This document shows, in pieces, positions 1 to 7,752 of a DNA stretch of 64,000 bases (position 1 is the first letter of the stretch; each line of letters opens with the position of its first letter). A program made the position numbers and the translations under genes. The notes below the pieces were generated by a model. It had not been told where the DNA came from. It did not search any database and saw only the letters and a list, made by a program, of their open reading frames with translations. The DNA comes from an uncultured Sutterella sp. Lineage in GTDB: Bacteria; Pseudomonadota; Gammaproteobacteria; Burkholderiales; Burkholderiaceae_F. The DNA is taken from contig UQUS01000001.1 in assembly GCA_900544335.1 (NCBI GenBank), forward strand, positions 6,853 to 70,852, read 5' to 3'.

Positions 1-206
1 CCCCTTGCACCGTCAAATCCGTGCCGACATACCCGTTAAGAACGCCCAAAACGATGGCGATAACGTAAAAAAGGGCCATCTTTTTTTGGCTTGCAGAAAA
101 GCCTGTAGTTGCACCCGTTGACATTTTTTATCCTGAAGATTGACGGAGAAAGGACACATTTTATGCGAGAATTCTCGTTCTTTTTTTGTGGGAATTCTGA
201 AAACAT

Positions 207-932
207 ATGTCGGGACTCGGAACTCTAATCAACATGGCGGGCATTGTTTTGGGGGGATTTATCGGTCTTTTCTTCGGCCGATATTTGTCTGAAACCATGC
301 AAAAATCGCTCGTTGCGGTCACCGGTGTTTGTGTTCTTTTAATCGGCATTCTTGGCCTGGCGTCGGAAATGCTGATTGTCACGGACGGAAAACTGACATG
401 CGCCAATCCCCTGATGCTGATTTTATGTTTGGTCCTCGGAACGGCCGTCGGAGAATGGTTCGATCTGGAAGCTTGGATTGAGCGCTTCGGCGTGTGGCTT
501 AAGGCAAGGAGCGGAAGCGAAAAAGACCCCGGGTTCTTAAATGCCTTCGTGTCCTCGTCTCTAGTTGTTTGCATCGGTGCGATGGCCGTTGTCGGGGCCG
601 TTGAAGACGGCCTTTCGGGTAACATCGCCATGCTCGAGGCCAAAGCCGTCCTCGATGCCATCATCATCATGGTCATGGCGGCTTCGCTCGGACGCGGGTG
701 CCTTTTTTCGGCAATTCCCGTGGGCTTGCTTCAGGGAAGCATGACGGTCTTGGCCGTTTGGCTCAAACCCTTTATGACGGAGGCTGTGCTTTCAGCGATT
801 TCCGCCGTCGGCTCGGCGATGATTTTTTGCGTGGGACTGAATCTTGTCTTCGCGCTCAAAATCCGTGTAGCCAACACGTTGCCCGCCTTGGTTTTGGCTG
901 TCCTTTGGGCCTCGCTTCACATCTCTTTTTAG
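207..932 (+). CDS. DUF554 (YqgA-like) inner-membrane protein
   Basis: 241-aa polytopic hydrophobic protein resembling the YqgA/DUF554 family; ATG at 207; the antisense ORF 161..676 is rejected. Confidence 0.7.
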   Translation: MSGLGTLINMAGIVLGGFIGLFFGRYLSETMQKSLVAVTGVCVLLIGILGLASEMLIVTDGKLTCANPLMLILCLVLGTAVGEWFDLEAWIERFGVWLKARSGSEKDPGFLNAFVSSSLVVCIGAMAVVGAVEDGLSGNIAMLEAKAVLDAIIIMVMAASLGRGCLFSAIPVGLLQGSMTVLAVWLKPFMTEAVLSAISAVGSAMIFCVGLNLVFALKIRVANTLPALVLAVLWASLHISF

Positions 933-1017
933 TCCGCGGCAATATTTGCTAGCATAGCGTCTGACTAAAAAAGTTGTGAGATAAAATCAATCGACTCACA
1001 ACGCGACGGAGGGCGTC

Positions 1018-1359
1018 ATGGGAGACTGCATTTTCTGCAAGATTATTCAGGGGGAGATTCCCTGCAAAAAGATTTATGAGGATCAAGAGTTCCTCGCTTT
1101 TCACGATATCAATCCGGCAGCACCGATTCACTTTCTGATTATTCCGAAAAAACACATTGTTTCTTTGGCCGATGTGACGGACGAAGATACGGCAATGCTC
1201 GGAAGACTGATGGCTTTGATTCCGAAACTGGCCAAAGAAAACGGATGCACGGACGGATTCAGAACTATTATCAATACGGGCAAGAACGGCGGACAGGCCG
1301 TTGCCCACTTGCATATCCACGTTTTGGGCGGTCCCCATCCGTGGCGTCAAGTTGCCTAA
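1018..1359 (+). CDS. HIT-family (histidine triad) nucleotide-binding protein
   Basis: 113 aa; C-terminal HxHxHxx motif (AHLHIHVLGG); GGAGGG RBS 6 nt upstream; sits in the typical position before tatA. Confidence 0.9.
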   Translation: MGDCIFCKIIQGEIPCKKIYEDQEFLAFHDINPAAPIHFLIIPKKHIVSLADVTDEDTAMLGRLMALIPKLAKENGCTDGFRTIINTGKNGGQAVAHLHIHVLGGPHPWRQVA

Positions 1360-1381
1360 TCGTTAAGCAAAGGAGCACGTT

Positions 1382-2035
1382 ATGGGATCCATGTCCATTT
1401 GGCATTGGCTGATTGTTGTTCTTGTTGTGGTGTTGATTTTCGGTACCGGAAAACTCAAGAACGCAGGGCGCGATTTAGGTAACGCCGTTAAGGGTTTCCG
1501 CGAGGGAATTAAAGAAGGCGAAAAAGAGACGGTTGAGGCAAAAAAGGAAGAGGCGCCCACACCTGTCGAAAAGACGGTAACCGAAGCGCCGGCAGCTACC
1601 GTTCCAGTAGCACCCACACCGGCACCGACCCCGACACCGATTGAGGCAGCGCCGACCCCTGCGGCAATCGAGAGCGCGGCAAGCCCGGTTATTGAACCTG
1701 AAAAGGCACCTGTGGCTGTGAGTGAAGTAAAGCCGGAAGCCGCTCCGGTCGCCGAGACCGTGGTTGCCGTTCCCGCGAAAAAGCCGGCACGCAAGCCCGC
1801 CGCCAAAAAGAGCGCAACCAAGAAGGCGACAACGGCTAAGACCTCGGCTACCAAGAAAGTCGCTACCCCGAAGAAAACGGCGACGACCAAGAAGGTAGCG
1901 GCCAAAAAGACGGAGACCAAGAAGTCAACTGTCAAGAAGGCGAACGCAGAGAAAAAGACGGCGACAGCCAAAAAGCCGGCCGCTAAGAAAACCGTCAAAA
2001 AGACGACCAAAAAAGCTGCTGCAGAGGCAGTCTAA
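1382..2035 (+). CDS. tatA: Sec-independent translocase TatA with a long C-terminal Ala/Pro/Lys-rich (histone H1-like) tail
   Basis: N-terminus [25 protein letters not shown]...GFREG is a canonical TatA transmembrane helix plus amphipathic helix; AAGGAG RBS. Residues ~55-217 are low-complexity PTPAPTP then KKxxTxKK repeats. Confidence 0.9.
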   Translation: MGSMSIWHWLIVVLVVVLIFGTGKLKNAGRDLGNAVKGFREGIKEGEKETVEAKKEEAPTPVEKTVTEAPAATVPVAPTPAPTPTPIEAAPTPAAIESAASPVIEPEKAPVAVSEVKPEAAPVAETVVAVPAKKPARKPAAKKSATKKATTAKTSATKKVATPKKTATTKKVAAKKTETKKSTVKKANAEKKTATAKKPAAKKTVKKTTKKAAAEAV

Positions 2036-2048
2036 TCAGACGCTGTTC

Positions 2049-2091
2049 GCCGGGGAAAGCCGTTTCCCGGCCAAAAGCAGACGTCTTTTTT
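2049..2091 (+). terminator. hairpin plus T-run between tatA and tatB (partial terminator/attenuator)
   Basis: gccggggaaagccgtttcccggc forms a ~9-bp stem with a GCCG loop (2049-2071); a TTTTTT run lies 14 nt downstream (2086-2091). Read-through into tatB is likely. Confidence 0.4.
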
Positions 2092-2096
2092 AAGGT

Positions 2097-2663
2097 ATGT
2101 TTGATTTAGGTTTTTCCGAAATCATCGTCATCGGTATTGTGGCGCTCGTGGTCCTTGGACCCGAGCGCTTGCCTGTTGTCGCGCGCGTTGCCGGCAAGTA
2201 TTTTTCCAAAGCCCGGCGCGTCATCGATCAACTCAAAGAAGACATCGAACTGGAATCGGAAATGGCCGAGCTTAAAGCTCTTCAATCGCAGGCTCGCGAC
2301 ATTGCCGAGGAAGTCACGCACAGTGTGCGCGGTCAGATGCAATCGATTCAAGGTGAAGTCGATTCCTTGCGTCAGGATTTGGATATCCTCGGCAACAAGG
2401 ATAAGGACGGCGTTTCGGAAAAGAGATCTCCCACAGCAAGCCCGTTGCCCGGCAAGGACGCCGAGGACTTTACCGCTGTCTGCCCGGTGCAATCGCCGTC
2501 GTTTTCCCGTCGTTACAAGGAAGAGCCCGACGTGCAGGAATTAGCCGAGCAAGTCGAGCGCTTAAAGCGGGATATCGGTGAGACCTCGGCCTCGCTGACG
2601 GTGCGTCGCAATCGGCGCTATGCCGTTCGTTCGCGGACCAATCGCGTCCGTATTTATCGGTGA
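2097..2663 (+). CDS. tatB: Sec-independent translocase TatB
   Basis: MFDLGFSEIIVIGIVALVVLGPERLP is the TatB signature; 188 aa with a charged, coiled C-terminus. Confidence 0.9.
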   Translation: MFDLGFSEIIVIGIVALVVLGPERLPVVARVAGKYFSKARRVIDQLKEDIELESEMAELKALQSQARDIAEEVTHSVRGQMQSIQGEVDSLRQDLDILGNKDKDGVSEKRSPTASPLPGKDAEDFTAVCPVQSPSFSRRYKEEPDVQELAEQVERLKRDIGETSASLTVRRNRRYAVRSRTNRVRIYR

Positions 2664-2671
2664 GTAGGTCC

Positions 2672-3466
2672 ATGGAAAAGAAAGACGAAGAGGACAAGCT
2701 CGACGATCCGGCCAACGATCAGCCTCTGATGGCGCATCTGATTGAATTGCGCGAACGCACGGTCAAGGCGGCTATAAGCGTCTTGATTGTTTTTGTCGCC
2801 ATGTCGCCTTTTATGAAGGAGATTTTCGACTGGCTCTCAAAGCCTTTGATGGTGGCACTGCCGGACGGCGCAAAGTTGCTTTCTACCGGCGTCGTGGCGC
2901 CCTTTATGGTGCCCTTAAAAGTCACGCTTTTTTGTGCGTTCGTCGTGGCCCTGCCGTACGTGCTCTATCAGTTTTGGGCTTATATCGCCCCCGCGCTTTA
3001 CAAACGCGAAAAGCGCTTGGCGCTTCCCGTGATTGTCTCGAGCGTTTTGATGTTTGCCGTCGGCATGGCGTATTGCTACTTTGTCGTCTTCCGGATGGTC
3101 TTTCAGTTTATCGCCGGATTCTCCCCGGATTCGGTGAATTTCGCGCCCGATATCGATAGTTATTTCAGTTTTGTCATCACGATGTTCTTTGCGTTCGGAT
3201 TGACCTTCGAAGTGCCGATTTTCGTCATGGTTTTAAATCGCGTCGGCATGGCCTCGGCTAAGCGTCTGAAAAAGATTCGTCCGTATGTCATCGTCGGCGC
3301 TTTCGTCGTGGCGGCCATCTTTACCCCGCCTGATGTCCTCTCGCAATTGCTACTGGCTCTGCCGCTTGTCGTTTTGTACGAATTCGGTATTGTTCTTGTG
3401 AAGGTTTTCGGACGTAAAGACGATTCGGACGAGGACGAGACCTCGGAATCTGCCGACGACCGATAG
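2672..3466 (+). CDS. tatC: Sec-independent translocase TatC
   Basis: Six transmembrane segments and the HLIELRxR motif. ATG at 2672 is preferred (GGTGAG upstream); the alternative GTG at 2660 would overlap the tatB stop as GTGA. Confidence 0.9.
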   Translation: MEKKDEEDKLDDPANDQPLMAHLIELRERTVKAAISVLIVFVAMSPFMKEIFDWLSKPLMVALPDGAKLLSTGVVAPFMVPLKVTLFCAFVVALPYVLYQFWAYIAPALYKREKRLALPVIVSSVLMFAVGMAYCYFVVFRMVFQFIAGFSPDSVNFAPDIDSYFSFVITMFFAFGLTFEVPIFVMVLNRVGMASAKRLKKIRPYVIVGAFVVAAIFTPPDVLSQLLLALPLVVLYEFGIVLVKVFGRKDDSDEDETSESADDR

Positions 3467-3513
3467 GTCCCGAGCGCTCAATACGTCACGTTTTTTTCAG
3501 GGTCATTGCAGGC

Positions 3514-4740
3514 ATGGCGACACAAAAGCCCACTTCGGATTTGTCCTTTGAGCCGACATTTGCTCATGTCGCCATCTTGGGCTTTACCTGCTCGCTCGGA
3601 CCGTTTGCCACGAACGGAATTGTTCCGGCTTTTCATGCGATTTCAGAGACTTTCGGCATGTCCCTTGCGGATATGCAGCAGATGCTGACGGTGTATCTGG
3701 TGGCGCTGGCTATCGGATCGCTTTTGGTCGGGAGCCTTTCCGATGCCCTCGGTCGCAAGCGCGTGCTAGCCACCGGCTTGGTGCTTTGTGCCGCCTCATC
3801 CATCGGGGCGGTGTATTCAGATTCGTTAGCGACGATGAATGTCTGGCGATTCTTGCAGGGGCTCGGGGCGTGCACCGGACAGGTCATTACACAAGCGATG
3901 GTGCGAGATAGGTGGAGCGGCCTGCCGGCCGCGCGTGCCATGAGCATTATCGGAATGCTCTTTAGCGTGGCTCCGGCCGTTGCCCCGATTGTCGGCGGGT
4001 GGCTGGTCGTGCGCATGGGCTGGCAGTCAACGTTTTGGTTCCTGACGGCGTACTCCCTGAGCATTTGGGCGATTACGGTTTTCGTTTTAAAGGAGACGCT
4101 CCCGCAGGAAAAGCGATTGCACTTTAATCTTTGGGCGCTTCTTTTAAGTTACGGGACGTGCCTGAAAAATCCGGCTTACACAGCCGGCATCATCTCCAAC
4201 GGCTGTAGTTTCATGGGCATGATTTTGGTGGTCGCCGGCGGTGCGGACTTTGTGGTCAACGTGATGGGATTTGGCGTCGACGGCTTTGCTTGGCTTTCCA
4301 TTCCGCTTGTCGTGGCATCTGTCGCAGGCTCTTTTTTGGCTCCGCCTCTTGCGCAGCGTTTCGGCACTCGCAAGTTGGTTGTCGGGTCCGGTGTGCTCTT
4401 GATTCTTTTTGAGTTTGCGATGACCTATTGCATGCATGAGGCAAGCCCGGGGTATCTTGAAACGCTACTGATCGGATTTGTCTTTACTTTTATCGGCAAC
4501 CTTGTTCGGCCGGTCGTCATGACGATGAACTTGGATTACCACCCTCGGTGCCGGGGGCTGGCTGCCTCGATTCAGCAAGGTTTTCACACGCTCGGATTTA
4601 CCTTGAGTTCCGCTGTTTTCGCTCCGCTTTGTATCGGGCAGGCATGGAAGTACGCTCTCGCGATGGGCGTTTGCGCTGTCCTGGCGCTGCTTTTCTGGAT
4701 GATTGCTCTGCATTACCGCAAGGCGTACTTGCCGGCTTAA
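3514..4740 (+). CDS. MFS transporter, Bcr/CflA-like drug-resistance family
   Basis: 408 aa, 12 transmembrane segments, MFS motif GRKRVL after TM2. Confidence 0.8.
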   Translation: MATQKPTSDLSFEPTFAHVAILGFTCSLGPFATNGIVPAFHAISETFGMSLADMQQMLTVYLVALAIGSLLVGSLSDALGRKRVLATGLVLCAASSIGAVYSDSLATMNVWRFLQGLGACTGQVITQAMVRDRWSGLPAARAMSIIGMLFSVAPAVAPIVGGWLVVRMGWQSTFWFLTAYSLSIWAITVFVLKETLPQEKRLHFNLWALLLSYGTCLKNPAYTAGIISNGCSFMGMILVVAGGADFVVNVMGFGVDGFAWLSIPLVVASVAGSFLAPPLAQRFGTRKLVVGSGVLLILFEFAMTYCMHEASPGYLETLLIGFVFTFIGNLVRPVVMTMNLDYHPRCRGLAASIQQGFHTLGFTLSSAVFAPLCIGQAWKYALAMGVCAVLALLFWMIALHYRKAYLPA

Positions 4741-5372
4741 GAGCGCGACGGACCCCGAAGGATCAGACCGACACCGAAAGCGACGATCAAGAACAAAAAG
4801 AGAACGGAAAAAACGGCACAGCATTGAGCCATATTGAGCCACTGCTCGGTCGGAATCAGATACCAGCCGCCTGCCTCGTTATATAGGTCAATCCAAAACG
4901 ACTGCATGTTCGAAAGGACGGCATCGGGGGGAACAACGGGCGTGTCGATGCCGCATTCGCCCGAAGCGGCAAACCAATCCGGAAGCCACACGTCAAGCGG
5001 CAGCCCCAAAGGGTAGTGCGTCGTTGTCGAACAACCCGTCAGACCGAAGAGCGCATCGGAATCCGCGTCGTGCATGGCCGCGTGAATGCGTGCAAGGCGT
5101 AGCGAGCAAATAAGTCCGTACAGTGCCCCGTACAAGGAAAGCGCGATGCCAGGGACGGCAAACCACGGGGCCTTCGGATTGAGGGCGACAAGAAGAGCAC
5201 CGAGTGCCACGAGAACGAAGGCAAAGCGAATGTAAACGCACTGTTCGCACGGCTCCATGAAAAGCCACTTTTGAAAGACGGCATGCGCGAAAACAACCAA
5301 GAAAACGGTAGCGCCCGCAAGAATAATCCAAGGCGTGCGTTTTGTCGCAAGAGTGCGAAGAGATAAGAGCAT
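4737..5372 (-). CDS. DsbB-family disulfide oxidoreductase (DsbI-like paralog)
   Basis: The CEQC motif at the end of TM1 (cf. DsbB CVLC) and a second Cys pair in the periplasmic loop. Start taken at MLLSL (5372), because the ORF-track start at 5504 would overlap the upstream DsbA-like gene. Confidence 0.7.
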   Translation of the reverse strand: MLLSLRTLATKRTPWIILAGATVFLVVFAHAVFQKWLFMEPCEQCVYIRFAFVLVALGALLVALNPKAPWFAVPGIALSLYGALYGLICSLRLARIHAAMHDADSDALFGLTGCSTTTHYPLGLPLDVWLPDWFAASGECGIDTPVVPPDAVLSNMQSFWIDLYNEAGGWYLIPTEQWLNMAQCCAVFSVLFLFLIVAFGVGLILRGPSRS

Positions 5373-5382
5373 CCAGTGTCCT

Positions 5383-6030
5383 TTAAGGTAAAGCCGACAA
5401 CTCCCGAATGATATTTCCGAAATCGGTCTTAGAGCGCGCGGCCGTGTTACGAACCAAAAATCGCCCGTTAACCACATACGCGGGAATGCCCTGAATGGCG
5501 GCAATGTCTTTGGACGGACGCCAAGCCTTAACGAGCGAGAGCACGTCGGAATCGGCTTTTCTTTTAAGGAAAAAGTCCTTTGTAAGACCTGTTGCGTCCG
5601 TGAGAGTTTTTAAAAAAGCGTCTTCACCGCCGGCCCAGCGCTCCTTTTGTTTCAGGTACGCAAAATAAAGAGCTTCTTTGGCTTGAGAAAAAAGACTGGC
5701 TTTGTCCGAAAGAGGGCGTCCGTTTTTCTCGTCTTCTCGCTCGCACAGTGCCAAGAATATGGCGGCCGTTTGTCCGTATTTGGCGCGGCTTTCCAGGAAA
5801 ACGGGGACAAAACGCAGACCGAGATTCGGGAGAATCTCTTCACAAAGCCACGGGTCGATGCTCTTGTCGTAGCGATAGCAAAACGGGCAATCGTACGAGA
5901 AAATTTTAATCAGCGTTTTTGCAGCATTTTCAAACGGGCTTTCCAGGGAAACGTAGGTCGCTTCCTTGGCCCAAAGGGGAAAGGACAAGCCGGCTAAGGC
6001 TGCCAGTCCGAGAGAGCGCCGAGAAATCAT
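5383..6030 (-). CDS. DsbA-family thiol:disulfide oxidoreductase (DsbL-like; CPFC active site)
   Basis: Signal peptide MISRRSLGLAALAGLSFPLWA and a thioredoxin-fold CPFC motif. Start at 6030 with a GGAGAAGGA RBS. Confidence 0.75.
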   Translation of the reverse strand: MISRRSLGLAALAGLSFPLWAKEATYVSLESPFENAAKTLIKIFSYDCPFCYRYDKSIDPWLCEEILPNLGLRFVPVFLESRAKYGQTAAIFLALCEREDEKNGRPLSDKASLFSQAKEALYFAYLKQKERWAGGEDAFLKTLTDATGLTKDFFLKRKADSDVLSLVKAWRPSKDIAAIQGIPAYVVNGRFLVRNTAARSKTDFGNIIRELSALP

Positions 6031-6147
6031 AAAACATCCTTCTCCAGTATCGTTTAGGCCACGCAATCATAGCTTTTTCTATCGCCCGGAAAAGCAAATT
6101 TGCTAGAGTGTTGCCCGTTGTTTGTTTTGTGGCTAGGAGAAATAGCG

Positions 6148-7440
6148 ATGACCGTACGGGTGCTGACCGGTATTAACACAACGGGAACGTTGCATTTAGG
6201 GAATTACTGCGGAGCGATTCGCCCCTGCATTCAGGCGTCTCACAAGCCCGATGTGGAAAGCTTCTTTTTTATGGCGGACTTGCACGCCCTGATTAAGTGT
6301 CAGGATGCTGACCGCATTGAAAGAAGTCGCATGCAGATTGCCGCGAGCTGGCTTGCGGCGGGACTCGATCCCGACCACTGCACCTTTTATCGACAAAGCG
6401 ACATTCCGGAAATTCCGGTTTTGAACTGGCTTTTAAATTGCGTCTGCGCCAAAGGGCTGATGAATCGGGCGCATGCGTACAAGGCGTGCGTTGAGGCCAA
6501 TGCCGCCGCCGAGCTCGACCCCGACGCCGGTGTCTCGATGGGCCTATTTTGCTATCCGGTTTTGATGGCTGCCGACATCCTGATGTTTAATGCCAATCTT
6601 GTCCCTGTCGGTCGCGATCAGATTCAGCACTTGGAGATGGCCCGCGATATCGCCACGCGCTTTAATAACTTGTACGGGCGCGGAAAAGACTTCTTTGTGC
6701 TTCCGTACGAACAAATCGACGAGCACGTGTCCATCTTGCCGGGCTTAGACGGACGCAAGATGAGTAAGAGTTACAACAACGTCATTCCGCTTTTTGAGGG
6801 CGGACGTGTTGCGCTTGAAGAAGCCATCAGCCGCGTTGTGACCGACAGTCGCTTGCCCGGAGAACCCAAAGACCCGGATAGCACGTCGCTTACGCAAATC
6901 TATGATGCCTTTGCCACGGACCAAGAAAAAGCCCTGTTCCGCGAGGAACTTCGCGACGGTCTCGGTTGGGGCGAGGCCAAGAAACGGCTGGTTGCCCAAA
7001 TCGAAAAGGAAATCGGACCGATGCGAGAAAAGTATGCGTTCTTTATGGCGCATCCTCAGGAGCTTGAAGATATCTTGCAGGCTGGCGCGAAAAAGGCGCG
7101 TCGCTTGGCAACGCCCTTCCTCGTAACGCTCCGTGAGGCTGTGGGTTTGCGGCAATTTCATGCCGTCGGAGCCACCCGAAAAGGCAAAGTTTTACCTAAG
7201 AAAAAGGCCACGGCTGCCATTAAGCAATATCGAGGAGAGGATGGGAAGTTCTATTTCAAACTGACCGATTCCGCCGGATGTGTGTTACTGACCTCGCATC
7301 CCTTTGAGAGCGGCAAAGAGGCCGGAATGGCTGTCGGGCAACTCAAACAAGGGAAACTGCAGGACGTTCTGACGCACGTTGTATTGGCCGACGGCGTGAC
7401 CGAAGAGGCGGTGCGACAGGCCTTAGCGGAACTTGCCTAA
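6148..7440 (+). CDS. trpS: Tryptophan--tRNA ligase with a C-terminal YegP/DUF1508-like extension
   Basis: TGxLHLGNY (HIGH-type) and KMSKS motifs. About 330 aa of synthetase is followed by ~90 aa ending KFYFKLTDSAGCVLLTSHPFESGKEAGMAVGQLKQ, which resembles the YegP family. The start is ATG 6148 with an AGGAGA RBS, not the ORF-track start at 6100. Confidence 0.9.
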   Translation: MTVRVLTGINTTGTLHLGNYCGAIRPCIQASHKPDVESFFFMADLHALIKCQDADRIERSRMQIAASWLAAGLDPDHCTFYRQSDIPEIPVLNWLLNCVCAKGLMNRAHAYKACVEANAAAELDPDAGVSMGLFCYPVLMAADILMFNANLVPVGRDQIQHLEMARDIATRFNNLYGRGKDFFVLPYEQIDEHVSILPGLDGRKMSKSYNNVIPLFEGGRVALEEAISRVVTDSRLPGEPKDPDSTSLTQIYDAFATDQEKALFREELRDGLGWGEAKKRLVAQIEKEIGPMREKYAFFMAHPQELEDILQAGAKKARRLATPFLVTLREAVGLRQFHAVGATRKGKVLPKKKATAAIKQYRGEDGKFYFKLTDSAGCVLLTSHPFESGKEAGMAVGQLKQGKLQDVLTHVVLADGVTEEAVRQALAELA

Positions 7441-7467
7441 GAAAGACCGAGCAGAATCGGTTGCGCG

Positions 7468-7506
7468 GCCGAAGGTCCCAGTTTCGGAGCCTTCGGCTGA
7501 TTTTTA
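7468..7506 (+). terminator. rho-independent terminator after trpS
   Basis: gccgaagg / ccttcggc is a perfect 8-bp stem (7468-75 / 7490-97) followed by tgaTTTTTa. Confidence 0.6.
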
Positions 7507-7581
7507 TCAGAGGTCCTAGGGAAAATCCCAGAGGGTAATGTGCGGCGCGCAAGACAAATTCTTGCTACAGTACGACGTGTT

Positions 7582-7656
7582 ATGACAAACATCGAGAACA
7601 AATTTTTCGGCTGGTGGCTCTGGCGGTACGATCCGTCAGCGCTTGTTGCTGTTTAA
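7582..7656 (+). CDS. trp leader peptide (MTNIENKFFGWWLWRYDPSALVAV), Trp-codon attenuation sensor
   Basis: 24 codons with three Trp in four positions (UGG UGG CUC UGG); followed directly by the antiterminator and terminator elements. Confidence 0.55.
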   Translation: MTNIENKFFGWWLWRYDPSALVAV

Positions 7657-7682
7657 TCAAAACGTTCTCGTTTTAAAGGCTG

Positions 7683-7716
7683 ACGGATTGAAAGGTGTGC
7701 TTTCAGTCCGTTTTTT
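7683..7716 (+). terminator. attenuator terminator of the trp leader (upstream of trpB2)
   Basis: A 12-bp stem acggattgaaag / ctttcagtccgt (one G:U pair) with a GTGTG loop, then TTTTT. Leader segment 7631-7640 (atccgtcagc) is exactly complementary to 7679-7688 (gctgacggat), so an antiterminator would sequester the terminator 5' arm. Confidence 0.6.
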
Positions 7717-7752
7717 ATTGCCTGAAATCTTTCCTCAATCAAGGAGACAACC

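Noticed and set aside
1-78. Possible 5' end of a minus-strand membrane-protein gene running off the left edge (MALFYVIAIVLGVLNGYVGTDLTVQG...)
   Set aside because: Only 26 codons are visible and there is no convincing RBS; it cannot be supported from this window.
161-676. 171-aa minus-strand ORF (MTMMMMASRT...) overlapping the DUF554 gene
   Set aside because: Antisense to a well-supported membrane-protein gene; Ser/Thr/Pro/Arg-rich composition typical of GC-rich antisense frames; no RBS.
933-1017. Hairpin gttgtgag-N14-ctcacaac between the DUF554 and HIT genes as a terminator
   Set aside because: The T-run is on the wrong side for the plus strand and no minus-strand gene ends here. Possibly structural only.
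1363-2010. 215-aa minus-strand ORF antisense to tatA
   Set aside because: It mirrors the Ala/Lys repeat region (a low-complexity artefact); tatA is unambiguous on the plus strand.
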